Made by a program: the position numbers and the translations under genes | From: Gaiellales bacterium | Lineage (GTDB): Bacteria > Actinomycetota > Thermoleophilia > Gaiellales > Gaiellaceae | DNA: 64,000 nucleotides | Direction of reading: 5' to 3' | NCBI GenBank assembly: GCA_046330385.1 | Contig: JAXLSV010000007.1 | Coordinates: 44,718-108,717, forward strand | Notes under the pieces: model-generated | Databases searched by the model: none | Seen by the model: only the letters and a program-made list of their open reading frames with translations | Told to the model about the DNA's origin: nothing | Shown: in pieces, positions 1 to 8,599 of the stretch | Position numbering within the stretch: position 1 is the stretch's first letter | Layout: every line of letters begins with the position of its first letter

Positions 1-1350
1 GCCGTCGTCCGTCAGCCGCCGGAGGAGCGCATAGAGATCCTCCTTCGTGTTCGCGTCGACTCCACGCAGGGGGTCGTTGAGAACGAGCACGCTCGGCTCC
101 GTCGGCAGCCACCGCCCCAGGAGGATCTTCTGCTGGTTGCCACCGCTGAGGACACCGACCGGGTCCCGCTCGTGGCGGTACGTGAGATTGAGGAGGTCGG
201 CATGCTCGAGGAAGCGCCGTCTGATGCGCTTCCAGTTGACGAACCCGAGGCGGCTAGCCGAGCGGAGCATCGGCACGGCGAAGTTGTCGAGCGTCGAGAG
301 CGAGAAGAAGAGGCCCTCGCGCTTGCGCTCCCGGGGGACATAGGCGATCCCGTGCGCCGTCGCCTGCCGGAAGCTCTTGACGACCGTGCCGCCTCGGTCC
401 GTGCGCAGCGTAATCGAACCGCTGTCCGGGGAGACGAGGCCACAGAGCGCCTCGGCGAACTCCACCTGCCCTTGCCCTTCGAGGCCGGCCAACCCGAGGA
501 TCTCGCCGCGCCGAACGCCGAGCGAGATGGGTGGCGTCCCGACCCGGAGACGGACGTCGCTCACCTCGAGCACCGGCTCGCCCGGGGGGCTCGCGGCGCG
601 CCCGCCCTCCTCGGCCGCGAGCGCTCGCTCGGCGGCCGGCTCACCGGCCATGTGCACGAGGATCTCCTTCGGGGTCGTCTCGGCCATCGCCAGCTCCGCA
701 ACCGTGGCTCCCGCGCGCAAGACCGACACCCGATCCGCGATCTGCACGAGCTCGTCCATCCGATGCGAGGTGAAGAGCACGGAATGGCCCTCACCGCGAG
801 CTGTCCGCAGGAAGCGGAACAGGCGCTCGCGCTGCTGTTCGTCGAGCGCCGAGGTGCCTTCGTCGAGCACCAGCAGCTTCCACGGACGGACGATCGCCCG
901 CGCGATGGTGACGAGCTGCCGCTCAGCGAGAGACAGCGCCCAGACGGGGCGGTCGAGCGCGATGTCGGGAGCGCCAACGGCGGCGAGCGCCTCGCCCGCG
1001 ATGCGACTCTCCTCGCGGCGGGACCGCCCGAAGCGAAACAGCCCGTCGGTGCCGATGAACACGTTCTCGCGGACGGAGAGCTCAGGAACGACGTAGGTCT
1101 CCTGGAACACCGTGGCGATCCCGGCGCGTTGCGCGGCGGCGGGCCCCGACGCCCCGAGCTCCGTCCCCTGCCAGCGCACCTCGCCCGCATCAGGCGGCAG
1201 CACACCGCTCAGGATCTTGATCATCGTGCTCTTGCCCGACCCGTTCTCGCCGGCCAGCGCGTGAATCTCGCCCGGGCCGACGGTGAGATCCGCGCCCTGA
1301 AGCGCCCTTGTCTCGCCAAACGACCGCCTGAGCCCTGTGATCTCGAGCAC
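1..1350 (-). CDS. Sugar ABC transporter ATP-binding protein (RbsA/MglA type, two ATPase domains), truncated by the window edge
   Basis: Hand translation from GTG at 1350: VLEITGLRRSFG...GENGSGKST (Walker A), DEGTSALD, and a second domain LSGGNQQKILLGRWL...VLNDPLRGVD. Not in the ORF track because it runs off the window. Confidence 0.9.
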   Translation of the reverse strand, partial: MLEITGLRRSFGETRALQGADLTVGPGEIHALAGENGSGKSTMIKILSGVLPPDAGEVRWQGTELGASGPAAAQRAGIATVFQETYVVPELSVRENVFIGTDGLFRFGRSRREESRIAGEALAAVGAPDIALDRPVWALSLAERQLVTIARAIVRPWKLLVLDEGTSALDEQQRERLFRFLRTARGEGHSVLFTSHRMDELVQIADRVSVLRAGATVAELAMAETTPKEILVHMAGEPAAERALAAEEGGRAASPPGEPVLEVSDVRLRVGTPPISLGVRRGEILGLAGLEGQGQVEFAEALCGLVSPDSGSITLRTDRGGTVVKSFRQATAHGIAYVPRERKREGLFFSLSTLDNFAVPMLRSASRLGFVNWKRIRRRFLEHADLLNLTYRHERDPVGVLSGGNQQKILLGRWLPTEPSVLVLNDPLRGVDANTKEDLYALLRRLTDDG

Positions 1351-1357
1351 GGCGCGC

Positions 1358-2347
1358 CTAGACCGTCGTCGAGACGCGCGGCTCGCGCCCGTAGAGGATG
1401 ACGAGAAGGATGATCAGCACGCCGAGGAACGACTGCTGGATCGAGCTGCCGTAGCCGAAGCCGATCAACAGGGTGGTCATCTGCGAGATGATCAGCGCGC
1501 CGGCGATCGTGCGCCCGTAGCCACCGCTGCCGCCGAGCAGCGACGTGCCGCCGACCACGACGGCGGTGATGGTGAGGAAGAAGTACGGCTGCCCCACCGC
1601 GATGTCGGCGGTCGGCGTGTAGCCCGCATAGAAGATCCCGACCATCGCGGCGAAGAGCGCGGAGATCACGAACGCAACGACGAGGGCAACGGTCGAGCGA
1701 ATCCCCGCGAGGCGAGCGGCGACCGGGTTCGCGCCGCGGGCGTAGATCTCGCGGCCGATTCGGGTCCAGCGCTGGAACACGATGACCGCGACCGCGACGA
1801 CGAGCCAGACGACGACAACGCCGGGGAGCGGGATCGGCCCGGTGTGCTTGATCACCGACATGCTCGTCTGCAACCAGCCCGGGACAGCGCCGGTGTAGGC
1901 GAGCGACGTCCAGCTGAGCACGCCGCCGGTGACGATCAGACCGACGCCGAGCGAGACGAGAAGCGGGTGCACGCGGAGCAGCACGGAGGCGACCGCGTTG
2001 ACGGCACCCACGAGAATCGCGAACCCGGCGATCACGAGCGCGCACACCCAGAAAGGCCAGCCTCGCCCGTAGAACTGCGTGAACATGACGTTGCCCATCC
2101 CGATCACGGCCGGGATCGAGAGGTCGATTCCGCCTCCGATCACGGCAAGCGTCTGGCCGACCGAGGCCAGCCCCAGCAGGCTGGAGAGAACGAGGAGCGA
2201 GACCACGCTCGAGCGTGTGCCGTACCCGTCGATCTTGACGACCCCGACGAGGAACAGCGCGGGGACGAGGAGGTACGGGACGAGCGAGACGAGCAGCGGT
2301 CGGTAGACACCGAGCCTTCGTGAAAGTGAGCTAGCGGCTGTGGGCAC
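1358..2347 (-). CDS. Sugar ABC transporter permease (RbsC type)
   Basis: Hydrophobic protein with GQTLAVIGGGIDLS, GREIYARGANPVAARLAGI and ITAVVVGGTSLLGGSG motifs. Start moved to GTG 2347. Confidence 0.9.
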   Translation of the reverse strand: MPTAASSLSRRLGVYRPLLVSLVPYLLVPALFLVGVVKIDGYGTRSSVVSLLVLSSLLGLASVGQTLAVIGGGIDLSIPAVIGMGNVMFTQFYGRGWPFWVCALVIAGFAILVGAVNAVASVLLRVHPLLVSLGVGLIVTGGVLSWTSLAYTGAVPGWLQTSMSVIKHTGPIPLPGVVVVWLVVAVAVIVFQRWTRIGREIYARGANPVAARLAGIRSTVALVVAFVISALFAAMVGIFYAGYTPTADIAVGQPYFFLTITAVVVGGTSLLGGSGGYGRTIAGALIISQMTTLLIGFGYGSSIQQSFLGVLIILLVILYGREPRVSTTV

Positions 2348-2467
2348 GTCGAATCGGATTGTGGGTCGCCGGCCAGGACGGCATGCGGCAGGCTCGACTG
2401 GTCTGCAGGTGGTGGAGGGGTGGGGTGCCCGGAAGCCCGGCCGCCCCACCCCTCGAGTCGTGCGTCG

Positions 2468-3697
2468 TCAGGGCTTGATCGGCTTGATCGGCTGGCCGCC
2501 CTTGAAGAACACGTCGAAGTACGAATCCGGCACCGCGCGGGTACCCGGAGCCTTTGCGAAGCAATCAGCGCTCCGCGTCATGAACGGCTTGAACCACTGG
2601 TTCAGGTTCGACGGCGTGATCTTCGGGATCGGGAAGATGATGTTGTTCACGATCGGCTTCCCACCCTTGAGCATCCGTGCGGCGACGTAGAACGTGTGGT
2701 ACGCGCCTGCGATCGGGTCGAGGCTCGTTGCCACGGTTGCCACCTCAGGATGCTCCTTCCAGAGCGCCATCGCAGAGCACTCGGCGGTCGGCGAGTTGAC
2801 CTTTGCGTAGGGACGGCCGGCCTGCTCGAGCGCGTTGGTCAGGCCGACACCCATCGCTCCGAAGTCGACGAGACCGTCGATCTTCTGCGGGTGCGTCGTG
2901 AGGAACTTCGCCATCTCGGTCTGGGCGATCGACGGCGTCCACTTGCCCTCGAATTCACCGAGCACGTCGATGTCGGGGTACTTCTTCTTCGCATCCGCGA
3001 CCGCGATCTCCAACGTGTTCTGCGTCGGTGTGCCCTTGATGCCTGTCGAGTAGACGACGTTGCCCTTCCCGTTCAGCGCCTTGAAGACACCCTCGGCGCC
3101 GATCTTCATCTCCTTGTACGAGTTGAAGCCGACGTTGATGACGTCAGGGCAGTCGACCTGGCTGTGATCGGTCATCACGAGCACGCCCTTGGCGCGGGCC
3201 TTGGCGAACGCCGGGCACAGTGCCGTCGGCGACGCCGGGAAGCTGACGATCACGTTGCAGCCCTGGCTGACGAGGCTGTTGAACTGCGTGATCTGCACCG
3301 TCGGGTTGCCGTTCGAGTTCGTGACGACGAGATCGCCCTTCGCGAGCTTCGCCTTGCGGTACTGGCCGACGAGCTTCTGGAACTCGTTCATCGTCAGCTG
3401 ACGCCAGGAGTTGGCAAGGAACGACTCGTTGAGGCAGAACTTCCACGGCGCCTTCGGCGGTGTCCACTTGGCGTACGGGTTCGTCTGCACCTTCGCCACG
3501 TACTGAACGCCCTCGTAGTACTGCTGCACTGACTTGGGCAGCTTGCTCACGGGCACTTCAGCGCTCGTCGCCCTGACCGTGCTCACGGCGGCGAGCGCCG
3601 AGCCGGCGACGGCGACGACCGCGAACGCCGTGATCGCAAGTACCGCGGCGCGGTGCTGCCGCCGACGTCCCGCGCTCCTTCTAAGTACGTCCAACAC
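2468..3697 (-). CDS. Sugar ABC transporter substrate-binding protein (RbsB-like)
   Basis: Arg-rich N-terminus plus hydrophobic signal peptide, periplasmic-binding-protein pattern, next to permease and ATPase. GGAGG RBS precedes GTG 3697. Confidence 0.85.
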   Translation of the reverse strand: MLDVLRRSAGRRRQHRAAVLAITAFAVVAVAGSALAAVSTVRATSAEVPVSKLPKSVQQYYEGVQYVAKVQTNPYAKWTPPKAPWKFCLNESFLANSWRQLTMNEFQKLVGQYRKAKLAKGDLVVTNSNGNPTVQITQFNSLVSQGCNVIVSFPASPTALCPAFAKARAKGVLVMTDHSQVDCPDVINVGFNSYKEMKIGAEGVFKALNGKGNVVYSTGIKGTPTQNTLEIAVADAKKKYPDIDVLGEFEGKWTPSIAQTEMAKFLTTHPQKIDGLVDFGAMGVGLTNALEQAGRPYAKVNSPTAECSAMALWKEHPEVATVATSLDPIAGAYHTFYVAARMLKGGKPIVNNIIFPIPKITPSNLNQWFKPFMTRSADCFAKAPGTRAVPDSYFDVFFKGGQPIKPIKP

Positions 3698-3727
3698 TCT
3701 CCCTCCTGTCCGAATGAAGGATCTACC

Positions 3728-3759
3728 TGTATGATGGCTGTCCGTACGTTGTATGATGG
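3728..3759 (-). promoter_or_regulatory. Candidate operator, copy A: CCATCATACA direct repeats 22 bp apart
   Basis: Minus strand CCATCATACAACGTACGGACAGCCATCATACA; 28/32 identical to 6299-6330; upstream of the substrate-binding gene. Confidence 0.65.
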
Positions 3760-3787
3760 GTGACAATACGACCTCGGCGGTCAGGAG

Positions 3788-4201
3788 TCAACCCGTAGGA
3801 AGGACGACGGTGGCGGACCCGTCGATGATCCGGTCGCCGTCGTCGCGGTCGAGCCAGATCATGAGCGTTGCGGTGACGCGACCCTCGATCGCCTCGACCG
3901 ACGTGACCTCCCCACCGGCAACGGCGACGTCCCCGGCAAGCAACGTCCGCCTGAACCGGCAGCGGAAGGCGACGAGGGACGCCGGGTCGCCGAGCCATTC
4001 CAGCACCGCCGAGATCGGATACCCCATCGTGATCGTGCCTTGATTCACCGGACGATCACCGAGCCCCAGCGAGCGGACGAACTCGGGGTCGTAGTGCACG
4101 GGATTGGGGTCGCGCATGAGCACGCTGAAGACCTTCATCCCCTCAGCGGAGACGAGATAGCGACGCTCGGGAAGCTGTTCTCCGACCGCGACCGTGGGCA
4201 T
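3788..4201 (-). CDS. MaoC-family (hotdog-fold) dehydratase
   Basis: DPNPVHYD hydratase-like motif, RFRRTLLAGD; 137 aa. Confidence 0.8.
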   Translation of the reverse strand: MPTVAVGEQLPERRYLVSAEGMKVFSVLMRDPNPVHYDPEFVRSLGLGDRPVNQGTITMGYPISAVLEWLGDPASLVAFRCRFRRTLLAGDVAVAGGEVTSVEAIEGRVTATLMIWLDRDDGDRIIDGSATVVLPTG

Positions 4202-4653
4202 CAGCTTCCCCGATCGCGGAAGAAGATGAACGACTGCCGCGAGACCGCTGCGGGAGCGCCGCCCGCTTCGTCGATCCGGAGCTCGACGACGAGCACGTCG
4301 AAGACGCCGCCCTGCTTCCCCGCGCGTCTCGTGACGCTCTTGACGCCGCCCGAGACCCTGTACGTGACGCCCGTGCGGAGCGGTGCGTGCTGCTCGTAGT
4401 CGGTCTCGCCGAAGACAACCCCATCGTCCGGGCTCGAGCCGCCAAGCTCGATCAGCTCGTCGAGCGTGACTCCCATGCCCCGGAGCGCCCCGAGCAGGAT
4501 CCAGACCGGGTGGAGGACGCCCTCGGGCAGCGGTGCGGCCTGCATCGCGTCGTGCGAGAGCCAGCGCTCGTAGTCCTCGACAACGAACTCGCCACCTGGG
4601 AAGACATGGCCCTCGAGCGATCGCTTCAGCTCGGCGATGCCGGGTGACGTCAT
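4201..4653 (-). CDS. Hotdog-fold protein (MaoC N-terminal/FAS1 dehydratase-like), probable partner subunit
   Basis: ATG 4653 overlaps the DUF35 stop (ATGA). FGETDYEQHAPLRTG...VKSVTRRAGKQG pattern; coupled to the MaoC gene. Confidence 0.65.
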   Translation of the reverse strand: MTSPGIAELKRSLEGHVFPGGEFVVEDYERWLSHDAMQAAPLPEGVLHPVWILLGALRGMGVTLDELIELGGSSPDDGVVFGETDYEQHAPLRTGVTYRVSGGVKSVTRRAGKQGGVFDVLVVELRIDEAGGAPAAVSRQSFIFFRDRGS

Positions 4654-5072
4654 CGCTCGGGGCGGAAGACGGGCAGCGTGATCTCCTCGTTGACGTCCTC
4701 GTAGTCGACGGTCACGCGCTGCCCGATCGCAAGCTGGGAATCCTCGTAGTCGATGAGGTTCGACATCATCACCGGGCCTTCGTCGAGGGTGACGAGGATG
4801 ATCGCGATGGGAGTTTCGTTCTCGAACGGGTTGCCCTTGGCGCGGTGCAGCACGGTGAAGGTGTGGATCTCGCCCTTGCCGCTGACGGGAAGCCACTGAT
4901 AGGAGAGTGACCCGCAGTTGTGGCACGCCTCGCTCGGGTAGTAGCGGAACTCCGAGCACGCGTCGCAGCGCTGGAGCTTCATGGCGTGCTCGCGGGTGGA
5001 CTTCCAGAACTCGGCGGAGTCGAGAGTGACCCGCGGAAGCGGCCGCCATGATGCTGAGGTTCCCATCGTCAT
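4650..5072 (-). CDS. DUF35 Zn-ribbon/OB-fold protein
   Basis: LQRCDAC...CHNCGS Zn ribbon, GEIHTFTV, VTLDEGPVMMSNL; follows a thiolase as is typical. Confidence 0.9.
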   Translation of the reverse strand: MTMGTSASWRPLPRVTLDSAEFWKSTREHAMKLQRCDACSEFRYYPSEACHNCGSLSYQWLPVSGKGEIHTFTVLHRAKGNPFENETPIAIILVTLDEGPVMMSNLIDYEDSQLAIGQRVTVDYEDVNEEITLPVFRPER

Positions 5073-6253
5073 CCTTTCTCGACGTTTGCTGCCTGGGTGA
5101 GAATCGAGACGGAGAAGTTGGAGGCGACGGCGCTCGCCGTGCTGACGAGCGCGGTCTCGGCACCCCCGACCTGGCTCGCACCGGCTTCGCCACGCAACTG
5201 CCTGATGATCTCGATGTAGTGGAGCATGCCGCTGCAGGCGCCCGGGTGGGCATAGCTCAGCAGGCCGCCGTGGGTGTTGACCGGCATCGAGCCGCCGAGA
5301 TCCATGTTGCCGGCGGCGATCCAGTCCCCCGCCTCGCCGCGCCCGCAGAAACCAAGATCTTCCAGCTGCACGATCGTGGTGATCGTGAAGCTGTCGTAGA
5401 TGCCGGCGACGTCGATCTCGTCGCGGCGTAAGCCCGCCTGCTCGAACGCTCTGTTGCCTGCAATGTCAACTACGGTGCGCACGAGATCGTGCGTGGCGTC
5501 ACCTCGCACGAGCCCGCCCATGTAGTAGTAGGACTGCGCCTGGCCGGTGCCGAGGAAGCCGATCTCCCGGGACGGGTCCTTGCTCGTCCCCTTCCGGCTC
5601 ACCACGTAGGCGGCGCCTCCGTCGCTGACGAGCGAGCAGTCGAGGCGGTGCAACGGGGTCGAGATCATCGGCGAGTCGAAGACGTCGTCGATCGTGATCG
5701 GGTCGCGGTAGGTGGCGTTCGGGTTGCGGCTCGCGTGCCTGCGCGTGGCGACCGCCACCTGCGCGAGCACATCGGGCTCGCGGTTGTACTCGTGGAGGTA
5801 GCGCTGCGCGAGCATCCCGTAGTACGCGGGAATCGTGGCTGCGAACGGGTACTCGTAGTCGAGGTTGTGCGCGCCGACCGACGCCATCATCGCCGAGCCG
5901 CTGAGATGGGCAGTGCGGAGCTTCTCGCCCGCGGTGATCAGCACGTTCTTGCAGAGGCCGCTCTCCACCGCCCACTTCGCGAGATGGAGCGCGACGCCGT
6001 ATGAGGCGCCGCCCATCATCGTCGAGTCGCACAGGGTCTTGGCGTAGATGCCGAGGGACTCTGCAACGAGGATGTGATAACGCGGGACCGCGTGGAACGG
6101 AGGCTGGACCAGCAGGCCGTCGATCTCGCGCATCGAGAGCCCGGCGTCTTCGACGGCGGCAGCCGCCGCGTGCACGCACATTCCGATGTCGGAGAGCTCC
6201 GGGACCGTCCCGATCCTCGTCTCCCCGATCCCTGCGATCACCGCCTGGCTCAA
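5069..6253 (-). CDS. SCP2/Ltp2-type thiolase-family protein
   Basis: IAGIGET, DCSLVSDGGAAYVV, YDSFT, NTHGGLLS motifs; TTG start. Confidence 0.85.
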   Translation of the reverse strand: MSQAVIAGIGETRIGTVPELSDIGMCVHAAAAAVEDAGLSMREIDGLLVQPPFHAVPRYHILVAESLGIYAKTLCDSTMMGGASYGVALHLAKWAVESGLCKNVLITAGEKLRTAHLSGSAMMASVGAHNLDYEYPFAATIPAYYGMLAQRYLHEYNREPDVLAQVAVATRRHASRNPNATYRDPITIDDVFDSPMISTPLHRLDCSLVSDGGAAYVVSRKGTSKDPSREIGFLGTGQAQSYYYMGGLVRGDATHDLVRTVVDIAGNRAFEQAGLRRDEIDVAGIYDSFTITTIVQLEDLGFCGRGEAGDWIAAGNMDLGGSMPVNTHGGLLSYAHPGACSGMLHYIEIIRQLRGEAGASQVGGAETALVSTASAVASNFSVSILTQAANVEKG

Positions 6254-6298
6254 CAGGACCCCCCTTTCTCCACCGGTGGCGCACGCCCGGTGCAGATG

Positions 6299-6330
6299 CC
6301 ATCATACAACGTACGGTCTTCCATCACACA
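6299..6330 (+). promoter_or_regulatory. Candidate operator, copy B
   Basis: CCATCATACAACGTACGGTCTTCCATCACACA in the divergent thiolase/MetE-like intergenic region, directly before the AAGGAG RBS. Confidence 0.65.
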
Positions 6331-6340
6331 AGGAGCAGGG

Positions 6341-7375
6341 TTGTCGCACCTACCTCTCTTGCCGACCACCGTCGTCGGCAGCTACCCGCAGCCGGACACG
6401 CTCATCGATCGGGCGCGACTGGCGAAGGCCGTGCCCCGGGTCCGTGAACAGACCCTCTGGCGACACTCGGGCGACGCGCTCGGCGAGGCGCAGGACGCCG
6501 CCGCCAGACAGGCGATCGCCGACATGGAGAACGCCGGGATCGACATCGTCACCGACGGCGAGGTGCGACGCGAGAGCTACTCGAACTACTTCGTCGGGTG
6601 CCTCGACGGCATCGACCTCGACGACCCAGGGACGATTGTCGACCATCGCGGAACAGTGACCCTCGTGCCGCGGGTCGTCGGGGGGATCGCGCGGCGCACG
6701 TCCGCATCTCTCGACGATCTGACGTTCCTCGCGGCGCACACGACGCGGGTGACGAAGATCACCGTGCCCGGCCCCTTCACGATGAGCCAGCAGTGCGTCG
6801 ACGAGCACTACGGTGACCGCGAGGCGTTGGCAATGGCATTCGCGGCCGCCGTCAACGAGGAGCTGCTCGAGCTGCAGGCGGCCGGGGCAGGCGTCGTGCA
6901 GATCGACGAGCCGTGGCTCCGCAACGACCCGGACGCAGCGCGAGCGTTCGCCGTCGGCGTGATCGACCGCGCGCTCGCGGGAGTCTCGATCCCGACCGTG
7001 CTGCACCTCTGCTTCGGGTACGCGGCGATGGTCGCGGGAGGGAAGCCGACCGCCTATTCGTTCCTCCCGGAGCTCACGGCCACCAGCGTCGCACAGATCT
7101 CCATCGAGGCCGCGCAGCCGAACCTCGACCTCGGGGTTCTCGACGAGCTCACCGACAAGACCATCGTCCTCGGCGTCCTCGACCTCGCCGACCCCGACGT
7201 CGAGACCCCTGAGGTCGTCGCCGCCCGGCTGCGCCGCGCGCTCGAGCACGTCCCGGCAGGGCGCCTCGTCGCAGCGCCCGACTGCGGGATGAAGTTCCTG
7301 CCGCGCGCGCGGGCGCGCGAGAAGCTGGTGTCACTCGCGGCGGGCGCCGCAATCGTCCGAGCCGAGCAGTCCTGA
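6341..7375 (+). CDS. Cobalamin-independent methionine synthase catalytic-domain-only protein (MetE/UROD-like barrel)
   Basis: TTVVGSYPQP, TDGEVRRESY, QIDEP, HLCFGY and PDCGMK Zn-ligand motifs. AAGGAG RBS precedes TTG 6341. Confidence 0.85.
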   Translation: MSHLPLLPTTVVGSYPQPDTLIDRARLAKAVPRVREQTLWRHSGDALGEAQDAAARQAIADMENAGIDIVTDGEVRRESYSNYFVGCLDGIDLDDPGTIVDHRGTVTLVPRVVGGIARRTSASLDDLTFLAAHTTRVTKITVPGPFTMSQQCVDEHYGDREALAMAFAAAVNEELLELQAAGAGVVQIDEPWLRNDPDAARAFAVGVIDRALAGVSIPTVLHLCFGYAAMVAGGKPTAYSFLPELTATSVAQISIEAAQPNLDLGVLDELTDKTIVLGVLDLADPDVETPEVVAARLRRALEHVPAGRLVAAPDCGMKFLPRARAREKLVSLAAGAAIVRAEQS

Positions 7376-8574
7376 TGAGCCGGTCGGCGGTGCTCGCACA
7401 CACCATCGACCAGGCCCTCCTCGCGGCCGTCGAGTCGGGAGACATGCCGGGTGTCGCCGTCGTCGTCGCCGACCGGGAGGGCGTCGTCTACGAGGGTGTC
7501 GCCGGGCTCCGAAATACGGATGGCGGCGCCTCGATGACCGCGGATACGGTCTTCCTCGTCGCGTCGATGACGAAGCTGGCGACCGTCGTCGCTGCGCTGC
7601 AGCTCGTCGCGCAGGGACGCCTCGATCTGGACGCGCCGGTCGCAGACCTCGTCCCCGAGTTCGCCTCGCTCCAGGTGCTCGTCTCCGTGGAGAACGACAC
7701 GCCTGTGCTCCGGCCGCCCGTTTCGGCGGCGACTGTACGCCAGCTCCTCACGCACACGTCGGGCCTCGGCTATGCGGCCTGGCATCCGACGCTTCAGCGC
7801 TACCACGAGCTGACCGGCGCCCGTGAGCTCGCGTGCGGGGAGCGTGCCGCCTTCACCGAGGCGCCACTCGTGGCCGATCCCGGGGTCGAGTTCAACTACT
7901 CGAGCTCGATCGACTGGGTCGGCCTCGTGATCGAGTCCGTCTCGGGGCATCGCCTCGAGGAGTACTGGGGGCGACACGTGTTCGAGCCTCTCGGCCTCGC
8001 CGACACCTGTGTGCTGCTCGACGACGCCAGACGGGCTCGCGCAGCCGCCGTTCACGTCCGCTCACCTGACGGCGCCTGGACCGCGACTGACCTCGACTAC
8101 TACAGGCCGGGCTCGCCTCCGCCGGAGTTCTTCGCCGGTGGTCACTGCCTCTATTCCACCCCGCACGACTACCTCCGGCTTCAGCGCGCGCTGCTCGCCG
8201 GCGGCACGCTCGAGGGAGCCGAGCTCCTGGACGGCAGGCTCGTCCCCGAGCTGTTCGCGAACCACCTCGGGGGCATCGCGATCAAGCCGTTCCCGGTCGG
8301 CCAGCCGTTCGCGACCGCGCCCGTCGACCTCGGCAAAGGGGTCAGCTGGGGGCTCGGCCAGATGGTGACGACCGCCGGCGAGCCGGGGATGCGAGCAACG
8401 GGAAGCGGCGGCTGGCTCGGTCTCTTCAACACCCAGTACTGGATCGACCCCGCGGCGGGGATCACCGCCGGGATCTACACCTCGACGCTCCCGTTCTTCG
8501 AGCCGCGGGTCATCGCGGCGGCGAGAAGGATCGAGCACGCGTGCTACCGGGCGCTCGCGGGCGCCGACCGGTAG
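7375..8574 (+). CDS. Serine hydrolase (beta-lactamase/class C esterase family)
   Basis: ASMTK (SxxK), LLTHTSG, FNYSS; start overlaps the upstream stop (TGATG). Confidence 0.85.
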   Translation: MSRSAVLAHTIDQALLAAVESGDMPGVAVVVADREGVVYEGVAGLRNTDGGASMTADTVFLVASMTKLATVVAALQLVAQGRLDLDAPVADLVPEFASLQVLVSVENDTPVLRPPVSAATVRQLLTHTSGLGYAAWHPTLQRYHELTGARELACGERAAFTEAPLVADPGVEFNYSSSIDWVGLVIESVSGHRLEEYWGRHVFEPLGLADTCVLLDDARRARAAAVHVRSPDGAWTATDLDYYRPGSPPPEFFAGGHCLYSTPHDYLRLQRALLAGGTLEGAELLDGRLVPELFANHLGGIAIKPFPVGQPFATAPVDLGKGVSWGLGQMVTTAGEPGMRATGSGGWLGLFNTQYWIDPAAGITAGIYTSTLPFFEPRVIAAARRIEHACYRALAGADR

Positions 8575-8599
8575 GGCCGCCAACCCTCGGGCCGATCGC

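Noticed and set aside
6254-6340. SAM or cobalamin riboswitch upstream of the MetE-like gene
   Set aside because: Only 87 bp, occupied by the direct-repeat site and RBS; no riboswitch consensus recognised.
7375-8574. Beta-lactamase resistance gene
   Set aside because: No signal peptide, and the LLTHTSG esterase-type signature in a catabolic context points to a cytoplasmic serine hydrolase.
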